From a virus (lineage: Duplodnaviria; Heunggongvirae; Uroviricota; Caudoviricetes), in IMG/VR virus record IMGVR_UViG_3300027770_000034: a stretch of 64,000 nucleotides of DNA; one strand, 5' to 3'. Below are positions 30,933 through 39,778 of the stretch, piece after piece. The notes beneath the pieces are model-generated. The model was not told the origin of the DNA. It saw only the letters and a program-made list of their open reading frames with translations, and made no database searches. Position 1 is the first letter of the stretch; each line of letters opens with the position of its first letter. The translations under genes and the position numbers were made by a program.

Positions 30933-31649
30933 ATGAATTTAAATAACGATAAATTAGTAATAGAAGAGCTTTCAAGGATGAAATCTCTTTTTGGATATGA
31001 AAGAGGTAAAGTTATCTCTGAACAAGTTGTTTCTAATACACCTAACTATGGATTTAAAAATCCATATGGATTTACCACAACAACACCCTCTCCTTCAGCA
31101 CCTGCAGAAAAAACTTTACCTGATGTAACCGTTAAGAGTACTTTAACTCCAAGACAAAAAAACATTAATAATGCTTTTTGTGCCGTTAAAAATGGTGCTA
31201 TTGTAAATCCTTCATCGGCAAATAATGGAGTAAAATGGGTTGATTTTATTACGACTTATAAGGTTACAACGGCAGAAATTGCGACATCTCAAAAAAAATG
31301 TCCTAATAGTGAAGTCGCGGTCAAAACTAAAACACCAAGAAAACCAGACCCAAAGGTTATTGAATTACAAAAAACATTGGTTGGTACAATAGTTAAAGGA
31401 AGAAAATTTACTGATGATGATGTTGATGGGTTTATGGGACCAATAACAAGAGCCGCTCAACAACAAATGACACAACAAAAGAGTCAAGACCAATTAAAAC
31501 AACCAGCAACTCAAGATGCAGTAGTTACACAACCTCAACAAAATGATGTAGTTACACAAGAACCACCACCAGAGCCAGGACAAACTGGAGATTATAAAAA
31601 TGGTTGGTATTGGAATGAAAAAAGTCAAGAATGGTATCAACCTCAATAA
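30933..31649 (+). CDS. hypothetical protein, Thr/Pro/Gln-rich
   Basis: Start moved to the ATG after the terminator T-run (MNLNNDK...). Low-complexity Q-rich C-terminus. Confidence 0.5.
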   Translation: MNLNNDKLVIEELSRMKSLFGYERGKVISEQVVSNTPNYGFKNPYGFTTTTPSPSAPAEKTLPDVTVKSTLTPRQKNINNAFCAVKNGAIVNPSSANNGVKWVDFITTYKVTTAEIATSQKKCPNSEVAVKTKTPRKPDPKVIELQKTLVGTIVKGRKFTDDDVDGFMGPITRAAQQQMTQQKSQDQLKQPATQDAVVTQPQQNDVVTQEPPPEPGQTGDYKNGWYWNEKSQEWYQPQ

Positions 31650-31654
31650 TATAA

Positions 31655-31680
31655 AACCCTCCACATCGGAGGGTTTTTTG
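31655..31680 (+). terminator. Rho-independent terminator
   Basis: CCCTCC ACATC GGAGGG plus T6. Confidence 0.7.
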
Positions 31681-31705
31681 TTTTGGTTAAATGAAAAAAA
31701 AGTCG

Positions 31706-31713
31706 TATCTTTG
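31706..31713 (+). promoter_or_regulatory. Bacteroidetes-type -7 promoter element TATCTTTG
   Basis: Lies 23 nt upstream of the ATG at 31737. Confidence 0.5.
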
Positions 31714-31736
31714 TCATATAACAAAACTTAAAATAT

Positions 31737-32282
31737 ATGTTTGACAAATTAATTGACCTCGTGGTAACCTTTATTCATGACATTCTTCCATTTAAAATCG
31801 TTGACCAATGGGAAGCTGGTGTTCATCTTAAAACAGGTAGATTCCATCGTGTAGTTTCTCCTGGATTAAATTGGAAAATACCTTTCTTTGATAAAATTTG
31901 GGTAACACCAATCATCACTCAAACCGTGAATTTAAGTCCTCAAACTTTAACCACATTGGATGAACGTTCTGTGGTTCTAACTTCAATAGTTAGGTACCAT
32001 GTGGTTAACGTACAAAGTTTTTTATTGAATGTAATGCATGCCAATGACGTATTAATTGATATGACTCAGGGAATTATTCGTGATATCGTTGAGACTACTA
32101 ACTGGGATGATTTAGTTGACTTAACAAACATAGTTACACCTGCGGTAAATGATGAAGTTGCTAAATGGGGTATTGTTGTTGAAGCGGTTAAATTTCCTGA
32201 CTTAGGTGAAATTAAAACTTACCGTATAATTGGTGACGTAAATCAAAAAGGTACTGTACAAACCGTAACAGGTATTGAATAA
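31737..32282 (+). CDS. SPFH/band-7 domain protein
   Basis: FKIVDQWEAGVHLKTGRFHRVVSPGLNWKIPFFDKIWVTPIITQTV matches the start of the SPFH domain (V.EGE.GVV.RFGK......PGLHF.IP.ID.V..V..R.Q). Confidence 0.65.
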   Translation: MFDKLIDLVVTFIHDILPFKIVDQWEAGVHLKTGRFHRVVSPGLNWKIPFFDKIWVTPIITQTVNLSPQTLTTLDERSVVLTSIVRYHVVNVQSFLLNVMHANDVLIDMTQGIIRDIVETTNWDDLVDLTNIVTPAVNDEVAKWGIVVEAVKFPDLGEIKTYRIIGDVNQKGTVQTVTGIE

Positions 32283-32336
32283 TTATTTTGTAAATTAAAA
32301 TAAAATAACTATTTTTGTATTCTAAATCACTACAAC

Positions 32337-32618
32337 ATGAATATGGCATCCCACACTATCAAGATTCAACACGAGACCTTTGGAGTACTTTTGAACGAAA
32401 CATTTGTAAATGGAACTCAATTCAAATTGTTTTTGAAGATGGTTCAAGGGTGTGTAGAACTTAAAAATGATTTGACATTCTTCAATGGTGTGGACTTCTT
32501 TGTTCACGTACCACACAAACACTTGGTTAATTCAATTATCACAACTAATGTTGATACTTACACTTTAGCTGAGCATCTTATTAATAAATCTAAAATGGAG
32601 GCGTTAGAAACAAAATGA
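32337..32618 (+). CDS. hypothetical protein
   Basis: 93-aa ORF. Confidence 0.45.
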   Translation: MNMASHTIKIQHETFGVLLNETFVNGTQFKLFLKMVQGCVELKNDLTFFNGVDFFVHVPHKHLVNSIITTNVDTYTLAEHLINKSKMEALETK

Positions 32619-32908
32619 GTACACTTAAAAATTTAATAAAAATTGCCGCGATGGGTGCTGTGGTATACGGTGCTTACAAGTATGGTAAAAGTGTTGGTGA
32701 TAAATCAATACAACCTGAAAAAAAAGAAAACCCATTTCCTGAACTTACCAAATATCCATTTGTTGAAGTTGATGAAAGTGAAACTGAAATACAACAGGTT
32801 ACTGAGTTAATTCAAGAACTTAGAACCAAACCAAACAAGACACAAAAAGATAGATACAATATTGAGCTACTTGAAGTTAAACTTAAACAATTAAAAAGTA
32901 AAAAATGA
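32615..32908 (+). CDS. hypothetical membrane-anchored protein
   Basis: N-terminal hydrophobic helix LIKIAAMGAVVYGAYKYG. Coupled to its neighbours. Confidence 0.45.
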   Translation: MSTLKNLIKIAAMGAVVYGAYKYGKSVGDKSIQPEKKENPFPELTKYPFVEVDESETEIQQVTELIQELRTKPNKTQKDRYNIELLEVKLKQLKSKK

Positions 32909-33198
32909 TTACAATAGAAAATATTATTGAATGGTCACAACCACATCCTCTTGACGGAGGTAAAATGACTCGTATTCATAACGATGAAATTGAATTTTCA
33001 ATCGTGGGAGGAAGAAGTGGATTATACGGCGACTTTAAAGATGATTTTGAGGTTGCGGTTATTGATAAAAAAAATGGTGAATTTGTCACAAAGTTTTTCA
33101 AACCCGAACTTAGCGATGATGTTATTGGTTATATGAAAAAAGAAGATTTGGAAGAATTTGTTAATCAAATATTCAAAAAAGGTTTCCAAGTTAATTAA
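32905..33198 (+). CDS. hypothetical protein
   Basis: 97-aa ORF. Confidence 0.45.
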   Translation: MITIENIIEWSQPHPLDGGKMTRIHNDEIEFSIVGGRSGLYGDFKDDFEVAVIDKKNGEFVTKFFKPELSDDVIGYMKKEDLEEFVNQIFKKGFQVN

Positions 33199-33210
33199 AA
33201 CTTGGTGGTG

Positions 33211-33264
33211 GAGGCTGTCTAAACCAGACGGCCCTAAAGGAGAGACTTTGGTCTCTCTTTTTTT
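33211..33264. terminator. bidirectional tandem-hairpin terminator
   Basis: GGCTGTCTAAACCAGACGGCC hairpin, then GAGAGAC TTTG GTCTCTC plus T7. Lies between convergent genes. Confidence 0.65.
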
Positions 33265-33775
33265 ATACGTTATTAACAATATCTCTTTGGTCATCCCACC
33301 AAACACCAAACCCACAATTCTTGTAAACTAATTTGTTACAATCTTCTCTGATATCATCAACCATTGTATCAAAGTCATCCCAATCTCCCATACCAACCCA
33401 ATCAGCTATTTCTTGAATTGTTCTGTAACTTTCATTACCATCATCATCTCTGAAAAAAATATTAGTATCACCCCAAGTCCAATCACACAATACAGTTGTT
33501 TCATCGTTGTCTAAATCAAGACGTGGATTATGTAATTTGATGTAGGCGTATTGTTGAGGGTCATCTAAATCTTGGATTTTTATACCTTCAGGTGTTGAAA
33601 TTTTATCAAGTGCTTTTTCTGTGAACTCATCGGCTTTCTCCTGTCCGATTTCTGCGACTAAATCAGGAAGAAATTCTTCTAAGTCGTAATCAACCATTTT
33701 GGCAATAGATTGTACGTCAGGATTTGGATACCCAACTTTATTTAATACTTTCAAAAATCTATTTAAGTCACTCAT
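33263..33775 (-). CDS. acidic hypothetical protein
   Basis: 170 aa, D/E-rich. Confidence 0.5.
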   Translation of the reverse strand: MSDLNRFLKVLNKVGYPNPDVQSIAKMVDYDLEEFLPDLVAEIGQEKADEFTEKALDKISTPEGIKIQDLDDPQQYAYIKLHNPRLDLDNDETTVLCDWTWGDTNIFFRDDDGNESYRTIQEIADWVGMGDWDDFDTMVDDIREDCNKLVYKNCGFGVWWDDQRDIVNNV

Positions 33776-34626
33776 CTTTTTTGGTATGCTCTCATATTAT
33801 CTTCTCTTGTGTCTAAGTACATTTCGTTATCTAAAAACATCTTAGGATTATCATTGTAGTAAGAACAATAAATTTCATTGGTATTAACCCAATCGGCAAA
33901 ACGCATCCACTTCTCTTCAATCTTTAGTTTTATATAATCATCCCTTAGACTGTCAAAATCATATTCGCTCATTGTGATGTCGGTATCTCCTTCTGTGTAT
34001 TCACATCTGTCTTTAATTTGTTTGTTCCAAGTTACGATAAAATATCTTTCATAATCGTAATCGTCAGTTTCAATTTGACCGTTTCCGTCGCATTCGTCAC
34101 AAGTTTCTATGCCACCACGACAGTTATCGCAATTCATTGTTCCATCTCCACCACATTCATCACATGAAACAACTCCATCTCCATCACAGTCATCACATTT
34201 TACCATCTCACCACCATCACCATCTTCTACTTCTCCACTTCCACTACATTGAGGACATTCCATTTCACCTGAAGTATCACATACGTCACAATCAACTTTA
34301 CCATCACCATCACATACGTCACAACTAAGTTCACCATTTCCACCACAGTTATCACAATCTTCTTTGTGGTTATCTCCTGAGTTATAAAAAAGAACTGCAA
34401 ATCCAATTTGATTCAACATTTTATCTCCAAGGTTGAATGAATCTGTTTGTCCCAACGAATAACAGTAAAATGTTAATTTAAGTGCATTTTCAGGAGACAT
34501 ATGTTGGAAATAGTCCTTTTGTTTTCTCATCAAATGAACCAAACTGTAATAGGTGTCCTGTGGAGTTGAATTATTCATTAATAACTCCGTAATATTCTTG
34601 GCTAATCTTTTAAATTTGTCACTCAT
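33772..34626 (-). CDS. Cys-rich protein with many CxxC(x)GxG zinc-finger-like repeats
   Basis: CDNCGGNGELSCDVCDGDGKVDCDVCDTSGEMECPQCSGSGE...CDDCDGDGVVSCDECGGDGTMNCDNCRGGIETCDECDGNGQ. At least 12 CxxC pairs in DnaJ-zinc-finger-like spacing. Confidence 0.55.
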   Translation of the reverse strand: MSDKFKRLAKNITELLMNNSTPQDTYYSLVHLMRKQKDYFQHMSPENALKLTFYCYSLGQTDSFNLGDKMLNQIGFAVLFYNSGDNHKEDCDNCGGNGELSCDVCDGDGKVDCDVCDTSGEMECPQCSGSGEVEDGDGGEMVKCDDCDGDGVVSCDECGGDGTMNCDNCRGGIETCDECDGNGQIETDDYDYERYFIVTWNKQIKDRCEYTEGDTDITMSEYDFDSLRDDYIKLKIEEKWMRFADWVNTNEIYCSYYNDNPKMFLDNEMYLDTREDNMRAYQKR

Positions 34627-34627
34627 A

Positions 34628-35020
34628 TTATTCTGTTGTGTAAGTAAACTTATAACCTAAATCAAAAATATGTTTTTCGTCAACTTTGTATTCTATTGAA
34701 AAAACCATAGGGTCTGTGGCGAAACAATTTGAGTTTTTTCCTTCAACTATTTTACCGTCTTCGGTTATAACATATTCACTTAAGATATCTCTTAGTTTTT
34801 CGGACATTCTTTGAATATCATGGGCGAAAGAATACATTTCAAATTCTAAGGAACCATTATAATCAAATTTGACATCAACATCGTAATTTGCTAATTTAGT
34901 ATGATTTTGGTCAATATAATCAAATTCAACGTAAACGTTCATGACTTCAAACATTTTAGGTTTGGCATTCATGATAATCAAATATTTTAGTTTTTCCGAT
35001 AAAACTTCTTCGTTAATCAT
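34628..35020 (-). CDS. hypothetical protein
   Basis: 130-aa ORF coupled to the downstream gene. Confidence 0.5.
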   Translation of the reverse strand: MINEEVLSEKLKYLIIMNAKPKMFEVMNVYVEFDYIDQNHTKLANYDVDVKFDYNGSLEFEMYSFAHDIQRMSEKLRDILSEYVITEDGKIVEGKNSNCFATDPMVFSIEYKVDEKHIFDLGYKFTYTTE

Positions 35021-35078
35021 GTTAATAAATACCTTTATTTTATATTAGTGACATCATATATTTTAAAAAACTAATTTT

Positions 35079-35501
35079 ATGTCAATTAAAGTAACTTTAA
35101 CTGAAAAAGAAATCCTTGATACACCAAACGATGCTATGTTGGGTGAGTTAACAAGAAACAAATACTGGCAAGCCAGAAGGGACCACGAAGGACCTCAATA
35201 TGATGACGAACACTTCGCTATGGTTATCGGAGATGACGGTCTTGTTAAGTCTATAATTCGTCCTTATAGGTGTTCTATCTGTGGTGGGGACACTTCAGAA
35301 GTTGAATATGATTATTTGGTTGGTTATGACCATTTGGGTTGTGTTCTTAAAGAAGAATCAGAAAGACCTGATAATTTTGACAAATGTGTTATCTGTGGAA
35401 AAGAAACACCATACCTACGTTCTACTCACATTGACTTAAGAGAAGGTTATGTTGAGGGCGGAGGACAAGGATGTTATCAACCAAACATTTGTGGTAAGTA
35501 A
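35079..35501 (+). CDS. zinc-ribbon hypothetical protein
   Basis: Two CxxC pairs, RCSICGGDT and DKCVICGKET. Confidence 0.5.
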   Translation: MSIKVTLTEKEILDTPNDAMLGELTRNKYWQARRDHEGPQYDDEHFAMVIGDDGLVKSIIRPYRCSICGGDTSEVEYDYLVGYDHLGCVLKEESERPDNFDKCVICGKETPYLRSTHIDLREGYVEGGGQGCYQPNICGK

Positions 35502-36070
35502 TGGGTTCGGGTATACCAGGGTATAACATATCTCAAAAATATAAATGTTTTTGGGTAGCTCCAAGTAGAACAGGAAGTAGAACCGTTGCGCAGATTTTAA
35601 CTCATTATGGTTTTAAATTTAATGGTGAACCTGTTTTTTATTATGAATCTTACAATTACAGTCACATCACCACAGATGTAAATCAATATCCAGATTATGA
35701 TTTCATCTGTAATGCGAGAAATCCTTATGGTAGAGTTTATTCTCATTTTCAAAATTACGGTGATAAGTTCAAACTTAAAACTAAAAGTAATTTTAGGGAG
35801 TACGTTGAGATGAAAATGTGGAAAGAAAATAGTCTACATTATCCAGTCTTAACAAAAAAACCTGACTATATTCTCAGACTTGAACACCTAAAGGAAGACT
35901 TAATGAAGATACCTTTTATTCTTGATAAGTTAACCGAAAGACAGTTAGATTTATATTTGGAACATGGGAAAACCCTTGAACCTTGGGAACCTCATTATGA
36001 CGATGATATTAAAGAAATTGTATATGAGGACTTCAAAGACCATTTTTATTTTTTTAATTATGAAAAATAA
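35501..36070 (+). CDS. PAPS-dependent sulfotransferase-like protein
   Basis: 5'-PSB-like loop WVAPSRTGSRTV (P-x-R-T-G-S). 3'-PB-like ARNPYGRVYS (R-N-P plus Ser at position 8, as in RNPKDVAVS). Paralog of 45926..46573. Confidence 0.6.
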   Translation: MGSGIPGYNISQKYKCFWVAPSRTGSRTVAQILTHYGFKFNGEPVFYYESYNYSHITTDVNQYPDYDFICNARNPYGRVYSHFQNYGDKFKLKTKSNFREYVEMKMWKENSLHYPVLTKKPDYILRLEHLKEDLMKIPFILDKLTERQLDLYLEHGKTLEPWEPHYDDDIKEIVYEDFKDHFYFFNYEK

Positions 36071-36095
36071 TTTTGGCTGGTAAATTTAGGTTCCT

Positions 36096-36103
36096 TATCT
36101 TTG
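36096..36103 (+). promoter_or_regulatory. Bacteroidetes-type -7 promoter element TATCTTTG
   Basis: ttccttatctttgtattcacaaaac. An identical 25-mer recurs at 36646. Confidence 0.5.
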
Positions 36104-36124
36104 TATTCACAAAACACAAGATAT

Positions 36125-36595
36125 ATGACAAACACACCAACAATCCCAGTAGTAAAGTTAACAACAGGTACATTAGCAGGAGACGTTTTCTACGGCTCTT
36201 TTGACACCACAGTAAAGAACAAAAGAATCTCTGTTATGGTTTCTAACCATATCAAAGATGTAAATCAAGAATATGAATTCCGTATTGCTAACAAATGTCA
36301 GGCGGGGTTTGTTAATATCCATGACAGTAAAGGTACTGCATCTGACATGATGAGAGGATGGTCTAAAAATTCTCTTGTTAACATCCAAGTAAAACATACA
36401 TGGGAGAATGGAACTGTGGTTTGGCACAATGTATTCACAACTAAAGGAGGTAAATGGTATTCAATTGACCGTGGATTTCTTGAGGTAATGACGGTGGGAA
36501 CTATGAGACAATCTTTTCCTGATATGTGTGATATGAAATTGTGGGAGTTGGTTAACACAAAAACTTGGGCGGACAGAGCCTTCGTTCAAAATTAA
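36125..36595 (+). CDS. hypothetical protein
   Basis: Start set at the ATG downstream of the promoter (MTNTPTIPVV...). Confidence 0.5.
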   Translation: MTNTPTIPVVKLTTGTLAGDVFYGSFDTTVKNKRISVMVSNHIKDVNQEYEFRIANKCQAGFVNIHDSKGTASDMMRGWSKNSLVNIQVKHTWENGTVVWHNVFTTKGGKWYSIDRGFLEVMTVGTMRQSFPDMCDMKLWELVNTKTWADRAFVQN

Positions 36596-36605
36596 TAAAA
36601 ATAAA

Positions 36606-36627
36606 GTCCCCGAAAGGGGATTTTTTA
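36606..36627 (+). terminator. Rho-independent terminator
   Basis: TCCCC GAAA GGGGA plus T6. Confidence 0.7.
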
Positions 36628-36651
36628 TTTTGCCATATTGTATGGATTCAT

Positions 36652-36659
36652 TATCTTTG
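36652..36659 (+). promoter_or_regulatory. Bacteroidetes-type -7 promoter element TATCTTTG
   Basis: ttcattatctttgtattcacaaaacgataaaattATG. Confidence 0.5.
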
Positions 36660-36680
36660 TATTCACAAAACGATAAAATT

Positions 36681-37421
36681 ATGACTACTACCACTACCAC
36701 ATTAGACAGAGTTCGCAACTACCAAGGTGACAACTCATTTGTATTGAAAATGAAAACCGTTGTTTCAAAATACGGTGGATTAACCGAGAAACAAATGCAA
36801 GCGGTTGAGAAATGTCTCAACGCAACTGCCAAAGTTAATATGGAAGAACTTCCTGAAGACCTTAAACGCATCGTGGATTACACAGGAGAAAATTCCTTCG
36901 TTAAGGACATTGCGGTAAAATTAAAACAATACGGTTCTTTGACTGAAAATCAAAAGTCTTTCGCTGTTAAACAAATCCAAAAGGAAGAGGACAAAGAGAA
37001 AACCATCCGTATGAATTGGCCGACCATTGGTGAGACAATCAAGTTAGGTCGTAAGGTTGGAGTTCAATTGAAGGAGAAGTATAACTTACAGTTCAATCCA
37101 ATTTTGATTGACATCACAGCATTAAAGGCGGTATCACCTAAAGCGGTTCTATTCACAGGGAAGATGACTGTTAAACGTGGTAAGGTTTGTACATGTTGTA
37201 TGAAAACTTTAACCGATGAGTTTTCAATGTTAACAGGTTTAGGTAAGATTTGTGCTGGTCATATGAGAGTTGAATATATCACAGATGCGTCACAAGCAGA
37301 CCGTTTTCGTGAAGATTATTTAAAAAGAGTTGAAGAAATCGGTGAAATGGAATTTTGGGTCCCAAGGTCCCAAATCAAGAAATGGGACGGTATGACCGAG
37401 GCAATTTTAAGAACGATGTAG
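36681..37421 (+). CDS. hypothetical protein
   Basis: Start at the ATG downstream of the promoter (MTTTTTTLD...). Confidence 0.5.
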   Translation: MTTTTTTLDRVRNYQGDNSFVLKMKTVVSKYGGLTEKQMQAVEKCLNATAKVNMEELPEDLKRIVDYTGENSFVKDIAVKLKQYGSLTENQKSFAVKQIQKEEDKEKTIRMNWPTIGETIKLGRKVGVQLKEKYNLQFNPILIDITALKAVSPKAVLFTGKMTVKRGKVCTCCMKTLTDEFSMLTGLGKICAGHMRVEYITDASQADRFREDYLKRVEEIGEMEFWVPRSQIKKWDGMTEAILRTM

Positions 37422-37428
37422 TTCAAAA

Positions 37429-37449
37429 ACCCCACTTAGGGGTTTTTTC
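37429..37449 (+). terminator. Rho-independent terminator
   Basis: CCCC ACTTA GGGG plus T6. Confidence 0.7.
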
Positions 37450-37550
37450 ATTTTTATAAAGATATTTATTAAGGAATATGAATCCCATCCGCCTTTCCAA
37501 AAGAATAGGTGAATGGGATTTTTATTTAATAAACATTAAACAAAACGAGA

Positions 37551-38000
37551 ATGAAGAAAAAATTTTTGTTGTTTTTTGCTATCGTATGTTCGCTAGTATC
37601 GTTCGGACAAAACCACAAACAGGGATGGGATGTCTCAGTGGGACCGACATTATTTGCACCGATGGCAAAGAACGTTGATTGGAACTCCAAGGCTTGGGGT
37701 CAAACTGTGAAATTCAATAAGAATAACATGGTTGTAACTTTAGGTTTTATGCAGGACAAGAACAATTTTGTTGTTGCACCTGTGTTAGTTGGGGGTCGAA
37801 AGCACCTTAATCATAACCTATATTTAGGTCTTGATGCTGGTGTTACTTTTTTCCACGGTCAAAAGGGACAATTTACTTATGTTCCTTCCCTTGGTTACAA
37901 GATAAACAAAAAATGGTGCTTAGAACAATCACTTCTAAGGACTGTTAAGGATGGTAAGACTTCCAACCGTGTAGGATTTGGATTGCTTTACAATCTTTAA
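37551..38000 (+). CDS. secreted or outer-membrane protein with Bacteroidetes-type signal peptide
   Basis: MKKKFLLFFAIVCSLVSFGQ signal peptide. Alternating hydrophobic pattern and a C-terminal aromatic residue (..LLYNL) suggest a small beta-barrel. Confidence 0.5.
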   Translation: MKKKFLLFFAIVCSLVSFGQNHKQGWDVSVGPTLFAPMAKNVDWNSKAWGQTVKFNKNNMVVTLGFMQDKNNFVVAPVLVGGRKHLNHNLYLGLDAGVTFFHGQKGQFTYVPSLGYKINKKWCLEQSLLRTVKDGKTSNRVGFGLLYNL

Positions 38001-38026
38001 AGTCAAAAAAAAAACAAAAAATTCAT

Positions 38027-38133
38027 ATGGAGCAACTAGAATTTTTATGGCATTGGCATTTCCTATTAGGGGTGCTTGTCGGAATTGTGGTGGGACCACA
38101 TGTTCACAAACTTGTTTCAAAATTTAAGAAATA
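38027..38133 (+). CDS. small hydrophobic peptide (35 aa), uncertain
   Basis: MEQLEFLWHWHFLLGVLVGIVVGPHVHKLVSKFKK, followed directly by a terminator. Confidence 0.3.
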
Positions 38134-38142
38134 AGTAAAAGA

Positions 38143-38167
38143 CCCCCGATTTTCGGGGGTTTTTTAT
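38143..38167 (+). terminator. Rho-independent terminator
   Basis: CCCCCGATTTTCGGGGG plus T6. Confidence 0.75.
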
Positions 38168-38187
38168 TGTCTTAAGTATTTATAGAC

Positions 38188-39186
38188 ATGAAGTATGTAA
38201 TCTCAGAAAAACAACTTAAAACATTTTTAAATGAGGGTAAGGAACCATCCACTCCAATTATTTTAAAACTGTTCAAAGTATTAGACGAAGAGAAGAAGAA
38301 AAAGAAAAAAAGAGCTGAGATTCTTGAGGTGATTGAAAATTTATCACCATACATGAATATACCTGCTGATTATTCGTTGTATCTGTTAGAGTTATATCTT
38401 TTAAACTACAGAAAGGATGGGGACTATTCAGGATTAACAAAAGATAATTTTGTTGACCCAAGAAAACAACAAGGTAAAACTACCTCAAACACAAAAGCAA
38501 ATTTATATACTGTTGCTCAAATGCCATTCAAAGGAAATAATCTTGTCGGACAGTGGAGAAAAGATTATAATGGTAATCCTTATTATGAAGTTGTTTCTTA
38601 CAATTGGTACCCTGTTTACCTATTCAAAGACGATAAGTGGTATGAAGTTACTGGTAGATATTCATCTTCAACATCAAAACAAATGAATAATGCAAATCCT
38701 GTTGAATGGAGTGGTGAGTTACAAGAGGTGGTTTATTTATTATCACAAGAAGAGATGAAGATGTTAAAACAAGGGGCTACTCATGAGGAAGTAATGAAAC
38801 ATAAGTTAAAGAAACTTAAAGAGTTTGAGCCAGAATTAACCAAAAGAAAGAAAACTGCAAAAGTTTATAAATGGCACGGAGAAGCTGAAACAGCCAACGC
38901 AAATATTAAATTTAAAATTAAATCAGTTGAAGAAGAAGGTGATAAGGCGATTGTTACAGTTGATATTCTTGACGTAGTTCACAGGGGAGATGATGGAGAA
39001 GAACCTACCCCACAAAACTATTTGAAAGGGGAAATGAAGGGAATGAATAAAGAAATTGCTGAGGAGAAAGTTAAAGTTAAAATTATGGAGATTCTTAGAG
39101 ATTACATGGCAACAAGATTTAGACAGAATGGTGAAGACCCACCAATACAAAACATATTTTTCAAATATAATCATTTAAAAAAATAA
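38188..39186 (+). CDS. hypothetical protein with conserved N-terminal motif
   Basis: N-terminus MKYVISEKQLKTFL. 332 aa. Confidence 0.5.
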   Translation: MKYVISEKQLKTFLNEGKEPSTPIILKLFKVLDEEKKKKKKRAEILEVIENLSPYMNIPADYSLYLLELYLLNYRKDGDYSGLTKDNFVDPRKQQGKTTSNTKANLYTVAQMPFKGNNLVGQWRKDYNGNPYYEVVSYNWYPVYLFKDDKWYEVTGRYSSSTSKQMNNANPVEWSGELQEVVYLLSQEEMKMLKQGATHEEVMKHKLKKLKEFEPELTKRKKTAKVYKWHGEAETANANIKFKIKSVEEEGDKAIVTVDILDVVHRGDDGEEPTPQNYLKGEMKGMNKEIAEEKVKVKIMEILRDYMATRFRQNGEDPPIQNIFFKYNHLKK

Positions 39187-39191
39187 TTAAA

Positions 39192-39217
39192 ACCCTCAAT
39201 TTGATTGGGGGTTTTTT
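39192..39217 (+). terminator. Rho-independent terminator
   Basis: CCCTCAATTTGATTGGGGG plus T6. Confidence 0.65.
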
Positions 39218-39245
39218 ATTTCTTATCATTGTAAAAAATAAAATT

Positions 39246-39449
39246 ATGACACCACATTTACAAGAACTAATAGACAACAACGAAGTATCTGAAATAGAAA
39301 TTGTTGAGTTTTTATCTACATTAAAAAAACTTTCCAAGAACAATGTTATGGATAGTAAAAATTTCCAATTGGTGTTAGACCATTTTGGTTTGAAAGAGAA
39401 AGAAGGATGGATTAAATTTGGTGATGATGTCAAATATAAATTAGACTAA
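39246..39449 (+). CDS. hypothetical protein
   Basis: Start moved past the terminator T-run (MTPHLQELID...). Confidence 0.45.
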   Translation: MTPHLQELIDNNEVSEIEIVEFLSTLKKLSKNNVMDSKNFQLVLDHFGLKEKEGWIKFGDDVKYKLD

Positions 39450-39778
39450 TGACACACCATAAAAGACATCAACAGATGATGTTTGATATTTTAAACAATT
39501 TTGACTTTCAAAAGGTTCACGACACCATGAAATGTCTTAACTGGACTTGGTACCCAAAAGGTATTCCAACAGCGGATTATATTGTATTTAGTGCTCGTGA
39601 AAAGATTGAGTCGGTAATCAAAAATTGTTTGTTAGATGCTAAACCAGACCAAGAATATTTTGTATCAAGTGGTGGATTAAAGGCAACTGCAATTAAAGAT
39701 GACTATGGACAAATTACTTTTCTTGAATTAGAATTTATATTAACTAGTTGGGAATTGAATGACCCTTATGAAATATGA
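39449..39778 (+). CDS. hypothetical protein
   Basis: 109-aa ORF coupled to its neighbours (ATGA overlaps). Confidence 0.45.
   Translation: MTHHKRHQQMMFDILNNFDFQKVHDTMKCLNWTWYPKGIPTADYIVFSAREKIESVIKNCLLDAKPDQEYFVSSGGLKATAIKDDYGQITFLELEFILTSWELNDPYEI

Noticed and set aside
34137-34328. His-rich ORF 34137..34328(+) (HHHH runs).
   Set aside because: Antisense to the Cys/Asp-rich zinc-finger gene 33772..34626. GTG/ATG-rich antisense of TGT/GAT codons creates His/His-Leu runs. No independent support.
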